NCBI RefSeq assembly: GCF_002087085.1
Contig: NZ_MWQY01000012.1
Span: 62,001-126,000, forward strand
DNA length: 64,000 nt
Direction: 5' to 3'
Shown: piece after piece, positions 1-9,368 of the stretch
Layout of the letters: every line of letters begins with the position of its first letter
Position numbering within the stretch: position 1 is the first letter of the stretch
The notes under the pieces: generated by a model
Told to the model about the DNA's origin: nothing
The model's database searches: none
Seen by the model: the letters and a program-made list of their open reading frames with translations, nothing else
Translations under genes and position numbers: made by a program

Positions 1-1
1 C

Positions 2-970
2 GGATTTTATTCCACAACCTCGGCCATAACCGTGGATGCCAGGCCGGAACCTCATCTAAGGTTTCACGGCAGCCTGGAAACCTCCCTTGATGCCGATACC
101 CTGGAGTTCAAGAATCCCTATATCAGCGAACTGTTTATTGATTATACCCTGAACAATACCTTTTTCTTCCGGGTCGGAAAGCAGGAGCTTACCTGGGGGC
201 AGGCCCTTCTGCTGGAGAATCCCGCCGACCTTGTATATCGTCTGGACGAAGGCGTGGGCGTACGGGGATCTGCTCCCGTGGGTCCGGGAACCGCGGAAGC
301 TGTGGTCTACAGCAAGGCCAGATGGATCAGCGAGGATTTTGACAATACCGATCCCCGGGCCTTCGCGTACGCCGGTCAGTGGGCCATGAGCAGAGGTTCG
401 TTTTTTCTGGGTTTCTCCGGGCATTACAAGATGAAGGATGATGAAGAAGGCGATCTGGCTACTGCGGCCTCCCTCTCTTTCGGTCTTGGACCCTTTGCCG
501 TGGCCGGCGACTTTGTACAGCACTGGAAAACGCCGGAAGAGCTAGAGCCCGCTGACTGCTGGGATGCTCTGGGACAGATCATCTGGCAGAGTCCGAATCA
601 GAGCTGGACTATTCTGGGAGAGTACTGGTTCGACTCCGAGATTATTGATTACAGCGGGCATTATGCCGGCCTGGGAATAAAACCGCCGAAGATATTCGGC
701 AACAAGTGGCAGCCAGGTTTTACCTGGAAGCATGCCTTTCAGGACGAGTCGGGAGAAGTGGTGCTTGCCATGAGCGGAAAAGTCGCCCCCAACCTGCGGC
801 TGACCCTGGGCGTTCCGGTTATCTACGGAGCGCCGGGTTCGTATTACCGGGAGGAGCTTGTCGAGCAGGTGGAAGAGGACGAGGTCCCCCTGGAATCCGA
901 TGATGCCCGTATTCCGGTGGATAATGTGGTGAGTTTTCTGATCTCGTTGAGTTTCAGTTATTCATTCTAA
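2..970 (+). CDS. Hypothetical outer-membrane beta-barrel-like protein, probably 5'-truncated by the window edge
   Basis: Frame is open from position 2. Alternating aromatic/polar strand-like segments, C-terminal ...SFSYSF (terminal Phe), RVGKQELTWG segment. Lies directly upstream of an ABC ATPase. Confidence 0.55.
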   Translation, partial: GFYSTTSAITVDARPEPHLRFHGSLETSLDADTLEFKNPYISELFIDYTLNNTFFFRVGKQELTWGQALLLENPADLVYRLDEGVGVRGSAPVGPGTAEAVVYSKARWISEDFDNTDPRAFAYAGQWAMSRGSFFLGFSGHYKMKDDEEGDLATAASLSFGLGPFAVAGDFVQHWKTPEELEPADCWDALGQIIWQSPNQSWTILGEYWFDSEIIDYSGHYAGLGIKPPKIFGNKWQPGFTWKHAFQDESGEVVLAMSGKVAPNLRLTLGVPVIYGAPGSYYREELVEQVEEDEVPLESDDARIPVDNVVSFLISLSFSYSF

Positions 971-984
971 AAAGGGTGTAATTC

Positions 985-1719
985 ATGAATAATCCCGAGA
1001 ATCAGGTAAAGGAAAAGAGTAAAAACGCAGCCCCGGCCACGGAGCTGAGCAGCGTCTGGAAGATATACCACCTGGGAAAGACCGAGGTTCCCGCCATAAA
1101 GGGGGTGGACCTCAGTATAAAAGAGGGTGATTTTGCAACCATCGCCGGGCCCAGCGGCAGCGGAAAATCGACGCTGCTGAACCTTATCGGCTGCATCGAC
1201 GTACCCAGCCGCGGGGAGGTAAAGGTCGTTGGACACGATACCTCCTCCTTGAGCGACAGCGAGATAACACGGCTCCGTCACAGGGCCATCGGTTTTATTT
1301 TTCAGTCCTTTAACCTGATGCCGGTGCTGAACATCTACGAGAACGTGGAGTTTCCCCTGCTGCTGGGGCCCAAACCCCCGCCCAAAGCGGAACGCCGGGA
1401 ATACGCGGACTACCTTATTGAGCAGGTGGGGCTTACGGAGTGGCGTAAACACCGGCCCAACGAGCTCTCCGGCGGCCAGAGGCAGCGGGTGGCAATCGCC
1501 CGAGCCCTGGTTACAAAACCCTCCATAGTCCTGGCGGATGAACCCACGGCAAACCTGGATTCGAAGACCGGTACAGCCATTATCGAGCTTATGAAAAGCA
1601 TAAACGCCGAGCTGTCCACAACCTTCATATTCTCGACCCACGACCCTACAATCGTGGATATAGCAGACCATGTCATACGCCTGCACGACGGCGAGGTTAC
1701 CGAAGAACTGCGGCGGTAA
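985..1719 (+). CDS. ABC transporter ATP-binding protein (LolD/MacB-like)
   Basis: Walker [10 protein letters not shown], signature [15 protein letters not shown], Walker [13 protein letters not shown]-loop STHD. Confidence 0.93.
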   Translation: MNNPENQVKEKSKNAAPATELSSVWKIYHLGKTEVPAIKGVDLSIKEGDFATIAGPSGSGKSTLLNLIGCIDVPSRGEVKVVGHDTSSLSDSEITRLRHRAIGFIFQSFNLMPVLNIYENVEFPLLLGPKPPPKAERREYADYLIEQVGLTEWRKHRPNELSGGQRQRVAIARALVTKPSIVLADEPTANLDSKTGTAIIELMKSINAELSTTFIFSTHDPTIVDIADHVIRLHDGEVTEELRR

Positions 1720-1882
1720 GCGGAGTTTTATTGCCGAGGCGCTGAGGGTGCGGAGAGGAAACTACTGGGGCTATTTAGTAGTTCTCTCGGAATAAATTCA
1801 GGTATATTTGAAATCAGGAAATGATTCTTCGGGTTGTATAAGGAATGAACAATTCGAGGAGTTTTAGGTGGGAGATCCGGCA

Positions 1883-2200
1883 ATGACCATTGGTCCTGAA
1901 GAACTGCAGAAAATCGGCGATTATGTGCGGCTGCATCTGGCTGAATGGATGGGGAACGTCCGCAGCGAACGGGACACTGGCCTTATGGAACGGTCGATCA
2001 GGATCGAAGAGGAACTGAAAGCCCAGCGACAGATCATGGAAACCCGCTTTGAGGCCATGGACAGGCGTTTTGAATCCATGGACGCTCGTTTTGAAGCCAT
2101 ACAGAAGCAGATGGACGTACGCTTCACCAGCATGCAGTGGATGATGGGGTTGGGCTTTACCCTGACGGCGGCCCTTATGGGGGTGTTCAACTTTTTCTGA
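1883..2200 (+). CDS. Small coiled-coil protein with heptad repeats and C-terminal membrane anchor (Bdr/DUF1640-like)
   Basis: Tandem MDxRFE(A/S) heptads (21-bp repeats at 2036, 2057, 2078) followed by a hydrophobic tail WMMGLGFTLTAALMGVF. GGGAG RBS upstream of ATG 1883. Confidence 0.7.
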   Translation: MTIGPEELQKIGDYVRLHLAEWMGNVRSERDTGLMERSIRIEEELKAQRQIMETRFEAMDRRFESMDARFEAIQKQMDVRFTSMQWMMGLGFTLTAALMGVFNFF

Positions 2201-2207
2201 CGTGGTG

Positions 2208-2238
2208 TTGGAACAAAGATGGGGATGATGGGAAGGAT
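2208..2238 (+). repeat. Family A dispersed repeat (TTGGAACAAAGAT-GGGGATGAT-GGGAAGGAT)
   Basis: 31-bp motif with GAT at an exact 9-bp period; recurs 9 times in the window. Confidence 0.85.
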
Positions 2239-2255
2239 AGAGAAGAATTCTTTTT

Positions 2256-2295
2256 CCACAGAGGCTCCGAGGGCTCGGAGAGGAGAACCACAGAG
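2256..2295 (+). repeat. Family B dispersed repeat (CCACAGAG-GCTCCGAG-GGCTCGGAG...CCACAGAG)
   Basis: GAG-ended units at 8/9-bp spacing. A degenerate copy lies at 1733-1755. Confidence 0.75.
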
Positions 2296-2311
2296 TGGAC
2301 TCTGAAGGGTT

Positions 2312-2342
2312 TTGGAACAAAGATAGACAAGATAGAAAGGAT
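2312..2342 (+). repeat. Family A dispersed repeat
   Basis: TTGGAACAAAGAT-AGACAAGAT-AGAAAGGAT. Confidence 0.85.
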
Positions 2343-2373
2343 CTTCTGGTAAAAGGTTTCGGGTATGCTGGAT

Positions 2374-2573
2374 ATGAAGATTAAATATTTTTCTGATACA
2401 GACACGGCGCTTGTTAGTTTTCTTCCAATGTAATCGAAGAAACAAGAGAGATAAGTGAAAGCATATATATTGATGCAGATGGGAATTTGGTGAACATGAC
2501 CATTGAACATGCCAAGCATTCGGGAATTCTAAAATCAATCAGTTATGAAGAGATCGATTCGAAAATAGCATAG
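2374..2573 (+). pseudogene. Frameshifted DUF2283-like small protein
   Basis: ATG 2374 gives MKIKYFSDTDTALV and then runs into TAA. After a 1-nt frameshift near 2415 the frame reads FSSNVIEETREISESIYIDADGNLVNMTIEHAK...KIA* (TAG 2571-2573), matching the DUF2283 pattern (Y..D.D.L...D.DG....I.I). Confidence 0.7.
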
Positions 2574-2585
2574 GATACCAGCGTT

Positions 2586-2616
2586 TTGAAACAAAGATAG
2601 AGAGGATGGAAAGGAC
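2586..2616 (+). repeat. Family A dispersed repeat
   Basis: TTGAAACAAAGAT-AGAGAGGAT-GGAAAGGAC. Confidence 0.8.
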
Positions 2617-2647
2617 TCTATACTAACTGTTGTATCCTGTGAAAAAC

Positions 2648-2673
2648 GCTGTGCCCTTTGTGCATCCGTGGCT
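2648..2673 (-). repeat. Family B dispersed repeat (inverted, degenerate)
   Basis: Reverse complement reads AGCCACGGAT-GCACAAAG-GGCACAGC. Confidence 0.55.
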
Positions 2674-2733
2674 AATTCTTCCGATTATGTGAATCTTTGT
2701 TCCATAAAAAATGAAAGGAAAACATAACCATAT

Positions 2734-4521
2734 ATGAAATCACCATTTGGACATATTGGGGCGGTTATTAATCTCTTAGAGCCGCGAGAAAAGCGAAGCC
2801 TGATGTTTGTATTTGCAGGTGCTGTCTTCATGTCGATGATACAGATTATCGGCGTAGGCAGTATTATGCCCTTTATTTCAGTTGCCGCGAACCCGGATAT
2901 TATTCACAACAACGAATACTTGAGCTGGGCTTACAATTTTTTCAGATTTAGTAATGAAACCTCGTTTCTCATTGTCTTGGGAGTTGGTGTCTTAATCTTT
3001 ATGTTGCTGACTAACGTCAGCAAAGCATTTTACCACTATATTAAGGTGCGTTTTACAAATATGCGCCGTCATACACTTGCTCTTAAGCTTATGAAGGGAT
3101 ATCTGAGTCAACGGTATCCGTATTTTCTACAGAGGAACAGTTACGATTTTATTCGAAACATTACTGCTGAAATTGCTCAAATGATCCAGGGGACCTTGAT
3201 TCAGTTCGTGGAACTTATTTCCATGGCTATTCAGGTGTTAATGCTCACGTTGTTTCTGTTTGTCGTAAACCCTGGTGGTACAGCCATAATGTTTGGCGCT
3301 ATCGTATTTGTATATGGGCTTATCTATCTCGGTGTTCGCAAGCTGGTAAAAAGGCTGGGAGTCGAGCGTTTTGAAATGAGCGTAGCCCTGTCAAGGATTG
3401 TGAGCGAAGCCTTCTGGGGGATCAAAGAGGTAAAAATACTTGGTGTAGAAAATGTTTTTTTGAATGAATTTTCTCCTCCCTCCAGAAAACTTGCCTGGAG
3501 TGTTTCAAAGAACGAAGTAATAAGCGATGTTCCCAAGTTTACACTGGAAGCAATTGCATTCTCCGCGATAATGATATTTGTACTGGTTACAATGGTCAAA
3601 TCTGGAGATTTCTCCGATATAGCAGCGACTGTTTCGTTGTATGCATATGCAGGGTACCGATTGATCCCAGCCGTACAGGGATTGTTCAAAGCTCTGACGA
3701 AACTACGCTATGGAGTCGGTACCGCCGATAAAATCCTGAATGAGTTTAATGATATAAAAGAAGGAGAAATTCTTCCAACAGGTTTGATTAAAGAACTGCC
3801 TTTTTCACAGGATTTACGCTTAGATAACCTGGAGTTTACATACCCTGAGGCGGATAAGCCTGTATTACGGCAGATTAACCTGACAATATCCAAAAATACC
3901 CTGGTTGGGTTCGCCGGTAAAACCGGTTCGGGAAAGACGACACTTATAGATATTATTCTCGGGCTGCATAGACCCGGGAAAGGCCGTCTGCTCGTTGATA
4001 ATACAGAAATAAATGAAGATAATCTTCGTAACTGGCAAAAAAATCTGGGTTACGTACCGCAGACAATATACCTGAGCAACGACAGCATAGCCTCGAATAT
4101 TGCGTTTGGAATCCGTCGTAATGAAATTGACATGGAGGCGGTAAAACGCGCGGCTCATATGGCACAGCTTGACGATTTTATTGAGACTGAACTTGCGCAG
4201 GGATATGACACGGAAATAGGTGAGCGGGGCGTTCGCTTAAGCGGCGGTCAGCGGCAGAGGGTTGGAATCGCACGCGCACTGTACCGTAATCCGGATGTGC
4301 TGATCCTTGATGAAGCAACCAGTGCCCTGGATGTGCATACAGAAGAAGCTGTTATGGAGGCTATAGATTTACTGATGGGGACCAAAACAATTATTATGAT
4401 AGCCCATCGACTGAGTACCCTGGAAAAGTGCAATACCATATATTTACTGGATCAAGGTAATATAATCGATGCCGGGACACATGCCGAGCTGATTCAGCGA
4501 AATCCATATTTTTCTAAGTGA
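2734..4521 (+). CDS. ABC transporter permease/ATP-binding fusion, PglK/WlaB/MsbA-like glycan flippase
   Basis: N-terminal TM domain; Walker [47 protein letters not shown]. First gene of the glycan cluster. Confidence 0.88.
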   Translation: MKSPFGHIGAVINLLEPREKRSLMFVFAGAVFMSMIQIIGVGSIMPFISVAANPDIIHNNEYLSWAYNFFRFSNETSFLIVLGVGVLIFMLLTNVSKAFYHYIKVRFTNMRRHTLALKLMKGYLSQRYPYFLQRNSYDFIRNITAEIAQMIQGTLIQFVELISMAIQVLMLTLFLFVVNPGGTAIMFGAIVFVYGLIYLGVRKLVKRLGVERFEMSVALSRIVSEAFWGIKEVKILGVENVFLNEFSPPSRKLAWSVSKNEVISDVPKFTLEAIAFSAIMIFVLVTMVKSGDFSDIAATVSLYAYAGYRLIPAVQGLFKALTKLRYGVGTADKILNEFNDIKEGEILPTGLIKELPFSQDLRLDNLEFTYPEADKPVLRQINLTISKNTLVGFAGKTGSGKTTLIDIILGLHRPGKGRLLVDNTEINEDNLRNWQKNLGYVPQTIYLSNDSIASNIAFGIRRNEIDMEAVKRAAHMAQLDDFIETELAQGYDTEIGERGVRLSGGQRQRVGIARALYRNPDVLILDEATSALDVHTEEAVMEAIDLLMGTKTIIMIAHRLSTLEKCNTIYLLDQGNIIDAGTHAELIQRNPYFSK

Positions 4522-4696
4522 TTATTGCTTAATTGAAGAGTATCACCGTACCAATATTTTCTCTTAGATATAAATGAATAAGACCTATGCGTAATAATTA
4601 TTCTCTATTTAGTGAGATAGATTATTAATTGTCATATAAATTACTAAATCGAACGTTGTTCAAAAGTACTATGCACTACTGAATCCAGGAGGGTTT

Positions 4697-5380
4697 ATGA
4701 AAATATTTTGTCCATCAATTCGACCTCAATATTATGAAGAATTAGCACAATCTGTAAAACCATTTGAAACAGAGTATATCAATGGAAATGGTTTTTCTTC
4801 ATTTGCGGCGCTATGCAACAAAATATTTAGAGAAAATGATCAAAGTTTTTTCATTATTGCTAATGATAAAGCAAGGCCTAATCCAGACAACATCGATAAA
4901 ATGCTAAACTTGCATAAGGATGGATTTGGATTTGTTGCACTATACAGAATGGGTTTTTTCTTGGTAGATAAAATAGTTCTTTCTAAGGTAGGATTGCTAG
5001 ATGAAAGATTTTCTGACGGCGGTTATGAGGATAATGATTATTATATCAGATTAAAAAAAAATAATATAGGTTCCTATATAAATGAGGAAATAAATTATTT
5101 ATTGAATGTAACAACTTTATGGAAACATAAAAAAAGTGCCGAGTTCTTTAGTCGCAAGTATAAAATTGATCATCGTAATAAAAAAATAATTGTAAAAATA
5201 TCTGATGAAGAAAAAAATACAGTTGAATGTTTTGATCGAGGAAAATTAAAAAATTGGGAAGAAAGTTTTCTTTGTACAATTCCACTAGTTACTTATAAAG
5301 CGCATTTTGAGGTAGTTTTAAAAGAATATGATATAGTTAATGAAAGAAAAATAAAAAAAGTATTTAGTTGGTGGAAATAA
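4697..5380 (+). CDS. Putative GT-A fold (GT2-like) glycosyltransferase
   Basis: VGLLDERFSDGGYEDNDY resembles the GT2 C-terminal motif; GGAGG RBS; very AT-rich. Confidence 0.6.
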   Translation: MKIFCPSIRPQYYEELAQSVKPFETEYINGNGFSSFAALCNKIFRENDQSFFIIANDKARPNPDNIDKMLNLHKDGFGFVALYRMGFFLVDKIVLSKVGLLDERFSDGGYEDNDYYIRLKKNNIGSYINEEINYLLNVTTLWKHKKSAEFFSRKYKIDHRNKKIIVKISDEEKNTVECFDRGKLKNWEESFLCTIPLVTYKAHFEVVLKEYDIVNERKIKKVFSWWK

Positions 5381-6305
5381 ATTACACTATAAATAAGGTT
5401 CCATAAAAAATAAATACTCTTAGAATAGTTAGTTTGTTAGGATTTCTCTTGATAAAGTGCACAAAATGTGTACAGAAATAGTATTCATCTGACAGTTGTC
5501 GCTAAATAAATATCTCTATGCTACTGAAATTGGTGTTTTTTTCTCCGATCCAGTCCAAGAACGTTCGCAGTTTAGATAACTAAAATAAGCTAACATTTCC
5601 TCTGATTGGGTTAAGCAACCAAACCAAACCAATCCTTAAAGAGAGTTAACAGTGCCAAAGATTACTACAATCTTCTATCTCAGTTCATAGGAGACTCTGC
5701 CCCTCCTTTTGAGATGCTGAAATGGATAATAGTAGAGTATCTGATGCTGTTCAAAGTAAAAATGCTCAGTATATATCGGGTCTGAATCTAAAAATGATGA
5801 CTTCAGTGTATGAAATTTTAAATAGAAAATTCCCGAAAATGATTATAGAATAGAAATATCCGAAGGGCGTGATTGCGAAATAAGTCAGGCTCAACGGAGC
5901 AATCAGAAGGTGAAGAACCGCCTGAATCTTTCTAACGACGGCGCTGGATTGCAAGAATGTCGGGTTTGAAGAAATCGGGAACCGGATCTACCGAATTTTC
6001 TTCCGAGAAAACTTGCTAAGGTGTGCAGATATGAAAGAGCTGATGGTCTACAATATCGTAACCTATAAGGAAGCGCTATAATTGTAAGGGATGTGCTTGG
6101 TTAATAGTCCGTGATGTCTTTGTTTGTACAAGAATTGTTATTCGCTTTACCGTAGTATGTATTTGTCATCAATTTCAAATAGAAAAGAAACTTCAATTAA
6201 CAGATAAACTGGGGATCTGAGTATTACAGGTTATTTTAGTCCTCTTTTATTGAATTGTAGATTATTTCTGAATTTTATTTTGGAAAACCGAAAAGGAAAC
6301 TTCAA

Positions 6306-7499
6306 TTGAAAATATTATTTGTTGCTATGACTAATAGTATTCATACGGCACGTTGGATTGAACAACTAAGAGGAACATCACTTTGTGTGCATGTTTTTCC
6401 TTCAATAAATACAGATAGAATACACCCATTACTAAAAAGGAAAAATGTTATTTTTCATATTCCTTGGCAGATTAAATATCGTAAAAATAATTTATTTAGA
6501 AAATTATTTTTACGGATATATTATCATTTTTATGGAAAAACAAATCGATTTTATGTCGAAGATCAATTAAGAAAAGTAATACTAAAAATTAAACCGGATA
6601 TCATCCACAGTCTTGAAACACAACATAGTGGGTATCTTGTAAATGCTGTAAAATCTAATTGGTATGGTCATTTTAGGTTTCCTAAATGGATCCATACGAA
6701 TTGGGGAAGTGATATATATCTTTTCGGAAGACTCACTGATCACGTACAATCTATACGCCATGTATTAGCTAATTGCGATTATTATTCATCTGAAAGTTAC
6801 CGAGATAATACTCTCGCGAGACAGTACGGATTTAGTGGACATGTTTTTGCTCCTTTTCCTAATACAGGAGGATTCCATCTATATAATTTGCTAGAGTGCA
6901 GATCCAGGGTAAAAACTAGTGAAAGAAAGGAAATAATGGTGAAAGGGTATCAGGGGTGGGCTGGACGAGCGCTGTTCGCATTAGCCGCACTAAAGATGAT
7001 ATCTGAGCACCTAAGTGGATACACTATAAATATTTTTAGTAATCCTGATGGATATGATATAAAAATCGCGGCTGAATTATTTGAACATGATACTGGAATT
7101 AAGGTTAATGTGTTACCTTATATTAATAATTATAATGAAATGTTAAGTCTCTATTCGCGGGCAAGAATATATATAGGGTTAAGCATTAGCGATGCAATTA
7201 GTACTTCTTTATTAGAATCAATGGTAATGGGAACCTTTCCAATACAGTCTGATACATCTACTGCAAACGAATGGATAAATAATGGTGTAACAGGTTTCAT
7301 CGTTCCCCCCGAAGATTTAATTAAGATATCAAATAAAGTTAGAGTAGCTATATTTAACGACTCGTTAGTAGATAACGCTGCAGAAAAAAATTTAGTAATT
7401 GCAAAAAATCGTTTAAACTATGACCTTGTTCGAAGAAAAACATTGGGAATTTATGATAAAATAAAAGCAGATATTGGAAAGGAAAGCTATGATGTTTAA
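6306..7499 (+). CDS. Glycosyltransferase family 4 (GT-B)
   Basis: MKILFVA...HTARW, KPDIIHS, WGSDI, DAISTSLLESMVMG (EX7E-like), INNGVTGFIVPP. Confidence 0.85.
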   Translation: MKILFVAMTNSIHTARWIEQLRGTSLCVHVFPSINTDRIHPLLKRKNVIFHIPWQIKYRKNNLFRKLFLRIYYHFYGKTNRFYVEDQLRKVILKIKPDIIHSLETQHSGYLVNAVKSNWYGHFRFPKWIHTNWGSDIYLFGRLTDHVQSIRHVLANCDYYSSESYRDNTLARQYGFSGHVFAPFPNTGGFHLYNLLECRSRVKTSERKEIMVKGYQGWAGRALFALAALKMISEHLSGYTINIFSNPDGYDIKIAAELFEHDTGIKVNVLPYINNYNEMLSLYSRARIYIGLSISDAISTSLLESMVMGTFPIQSDTSTANEWINNGVTGFIVPPEDLIKISNKVRVAIFNDSLVDNAAEKNLVIAKNRLNYDLVRRKTLGIYDKIKADIGKESYDV

Positions 7500-8499
7500 T
7501 CAAAATACTTTAATGATAACCGGTGGAACCGGTTCTTTTGGAAATGCTGTTTTAAAGCGTTTCTTGGATTCAAATATTAAAGAAATTCGTATTCTCTCTC
7601 GCGATGAAAAAAAACAGGATGATATGCGAAAGAAGTACGACAATGACAAGTTAAGGTTTTATATTGGAGATGTAAGAGATTATAATTCAATCAAAGATGC
7701 ATTTATTGGTGTGGATTATGTTTTTCATGCTGCAGCGTTAAAACAGGTTCCCTCCTGCGAGTTTTTTCCAATCGAAGCGGTGAAAACAAATATCATTGGA
7801 AGTGACAATGTTATTACTGCGTGTATGGCCGCGGGGGTAAAACGTGCGGTGTTTTTAAGTACAGACAAGGCGGCATATCCTATCAATGCGATGGGTATGA
7901 GTAAGGCATTGATGGAAAAGAATGTAATTGCACGAAGTCGAAGTATTGATCCTAAAAATGGCCCGATATTATGCATTACCCGATATGGAAATGTTATGGC
8001 GTCCCGTGGTTCGGTTATACCATTGTTTTCTAAACAGATAGAGAATAAAAAACCTGTTACCATAACAGATCCTTCAATGACCAGGTTTTTAATGTCCCTG
8101 GATGATGCTGTTGATCTGGTATTATATGCATACAAACATGGAAAATCCGGAGATTTGTTTGTACAGAAAGCCCCCGCGTGTACTATAAATGATCTTGCTG
8201 ATGCGATAATGGCATATAAAGATATTACTGTAGAAAAAAATATTATTGGAACCAGACATGGAGAGAAGGTGTTTGAAACGCTGGTGACAAAAGAAGAAAT
8301 GGTAAGGTCTGTTGATAAAGGAGATTATTTCCGAATACTCCCTGATAATCGAGATCTGAATTATTCTCAATATTTTTCCGAAGGTGATTCAAGTGTACAG
8401 CAAATACAGGAATACACCTCGCATAACACTCACCGCTTGGACGTTCAAGGTGTGCTGAAATTGTTAAAAAAACTTGGAAACTTAGAGGAACAGGCATAG
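7489..8499 (+). CDS. fnlA: UDP-GlcNAc 4,6-dehydratase/5-epimerase (FnlA/WbjB/CapE family)
   Basis: ITGGTGSFG, SRDEKKQDDMR, HAAALKQVPSCEFFP, LSTDKAAYPINAMGMSKA, RYGNVMASRGSVIP. Confidence 0.9.
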   Translation: MMFNQNTLMITGGTGSFGNAVLKRFLDSNIKEIRILSRDEKKQDDMRKKYDNDKLRFYIGDVRDYNSIKDAFIGVDYVFHAAALKQVPSCEFFPIEAVKTNIIGSDNVITACMAAGVKRAVFLSTDKAAYPINAMGMSKALMEKNVIARSRSIDPKNGPILCITRYGNVMASRGSVIPLFSKQIENKKPVTITDPSMTRFLMSLDDAVDLVLYAYKHGKSGDLFVQKAPACTINDLADAIMAYKDITVEKNIIGTRHGEKVFETLVTKEEMVRSVDKGDYFRILPDNRDLNYSQYFSEGDSSVQQIQEYTSHNTHRLDVQGVLKLLKKLGNLEEQA

Positions 8500-9368
8500 T
8501 GAGTAATCGTATTCTCGTTCTCGGCTCGTCTGGCATGGCTGGTCATGTAATAACAAAATATTTGGGACAGAAAGCTGAATTTGTAGTGTTCGATTGCGGA
8601 CCCAGAAAAAAACTTACTCCCAAAACATTTTTATGCGATATTGTCAGTGACACTGAATTAGCTGGTGTATTAGATGAAACCCGCCCGGATGTAATTATTA
8701 ATTGCATTGGTGTTCTGGTTAAAGAATCAGAGAATGATCATGTCTCAGCTATTACAGTAAATACTCTTCTTCCTCATCGTTTGTCTAAGATTTGTGAGAA
8801 CAGGAATATAAAGTTCATTCATTTAAGCACAGATTGTGTCTTTTCCGGAACTGCAGGTCCATATAAAATAGATGATTGTAAAGACGCATTCGATTTCTAC
8901 GGGAAAACAAAGAGTCTCGGAGAGATTGATTATGGAGATCATTTAACAATAAGAACTTCAATTGTCGGCCCTGAACTTGGTCATCATGGAACAGGTTTGT
9001 TGCACTGGTTTTTTACACAGAAAGGTACAATAAACGGCTATACAAGGGCGCTGTGGTCCGGGGTGACTACTCTGGAACTCGCACGAATTATCGAAATTAT
9101 TGTCAAAGAAAAAATAAGTATATCCGGTATTCAACAAATATCCGTGACTGAGGGTATTTCTAAATTTGATTTGCTATCGATCGTGAATAAGAAATTTCAT
9201 CGTGGGTTAAATATTGCCCCGGTAGATGAACCTAAAGTTGACAAGCGACTGATTCATAGCGCACCAGAAAATATAGAGCCAAATCCTTATAATAGACAGT
9301 TTGATGATTTATATTTATGGATGCAGGAATATAAGCAGTTATATAAGGAGTATTTTACATCCAGATGA
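8499..9368 (+). CDS. RmlD-like SDR sugar-nucleotide reductase (QnlA/WbvR-type)
   Basis: LVLGSSGMAG, PDVIINCIG, HLSTDCVFSG, YGKTK, RTSIVGPEL. No C-terminal cupin domain. Confidence 0.8.
   Translation: MSNRILVLGSSGMAGHVITKYLGQKAEFVVFDCGPRKKLTPKTFLCDIVSDTELAGVLDETRPDVIINCIGVLVKESENDHVSAITVNTLLPHRLSKICENRNIKFIHLSTDCVFSGTAGPYKIDDCKDAFDFYGKTKSLGEIDYGDHLTIRTSIVGPELGHHGTGLLHWFFTQKGTINGYTRALWSGVTTLELARIIEIIVKEKISISGIQQISVTEGISKFDLLSIVNKKFHRGLNIAPVDEPKVDKRLIHSAPENIEPNPYNRQFDDLYLWMQEYKQLYKEYFTSR

Noticed and set aside
2208..2673. Integron attC sites
   Set aside because: No paired RYYYAAC/GTTRRRY ends were seen and there is no integron integrase in the window.
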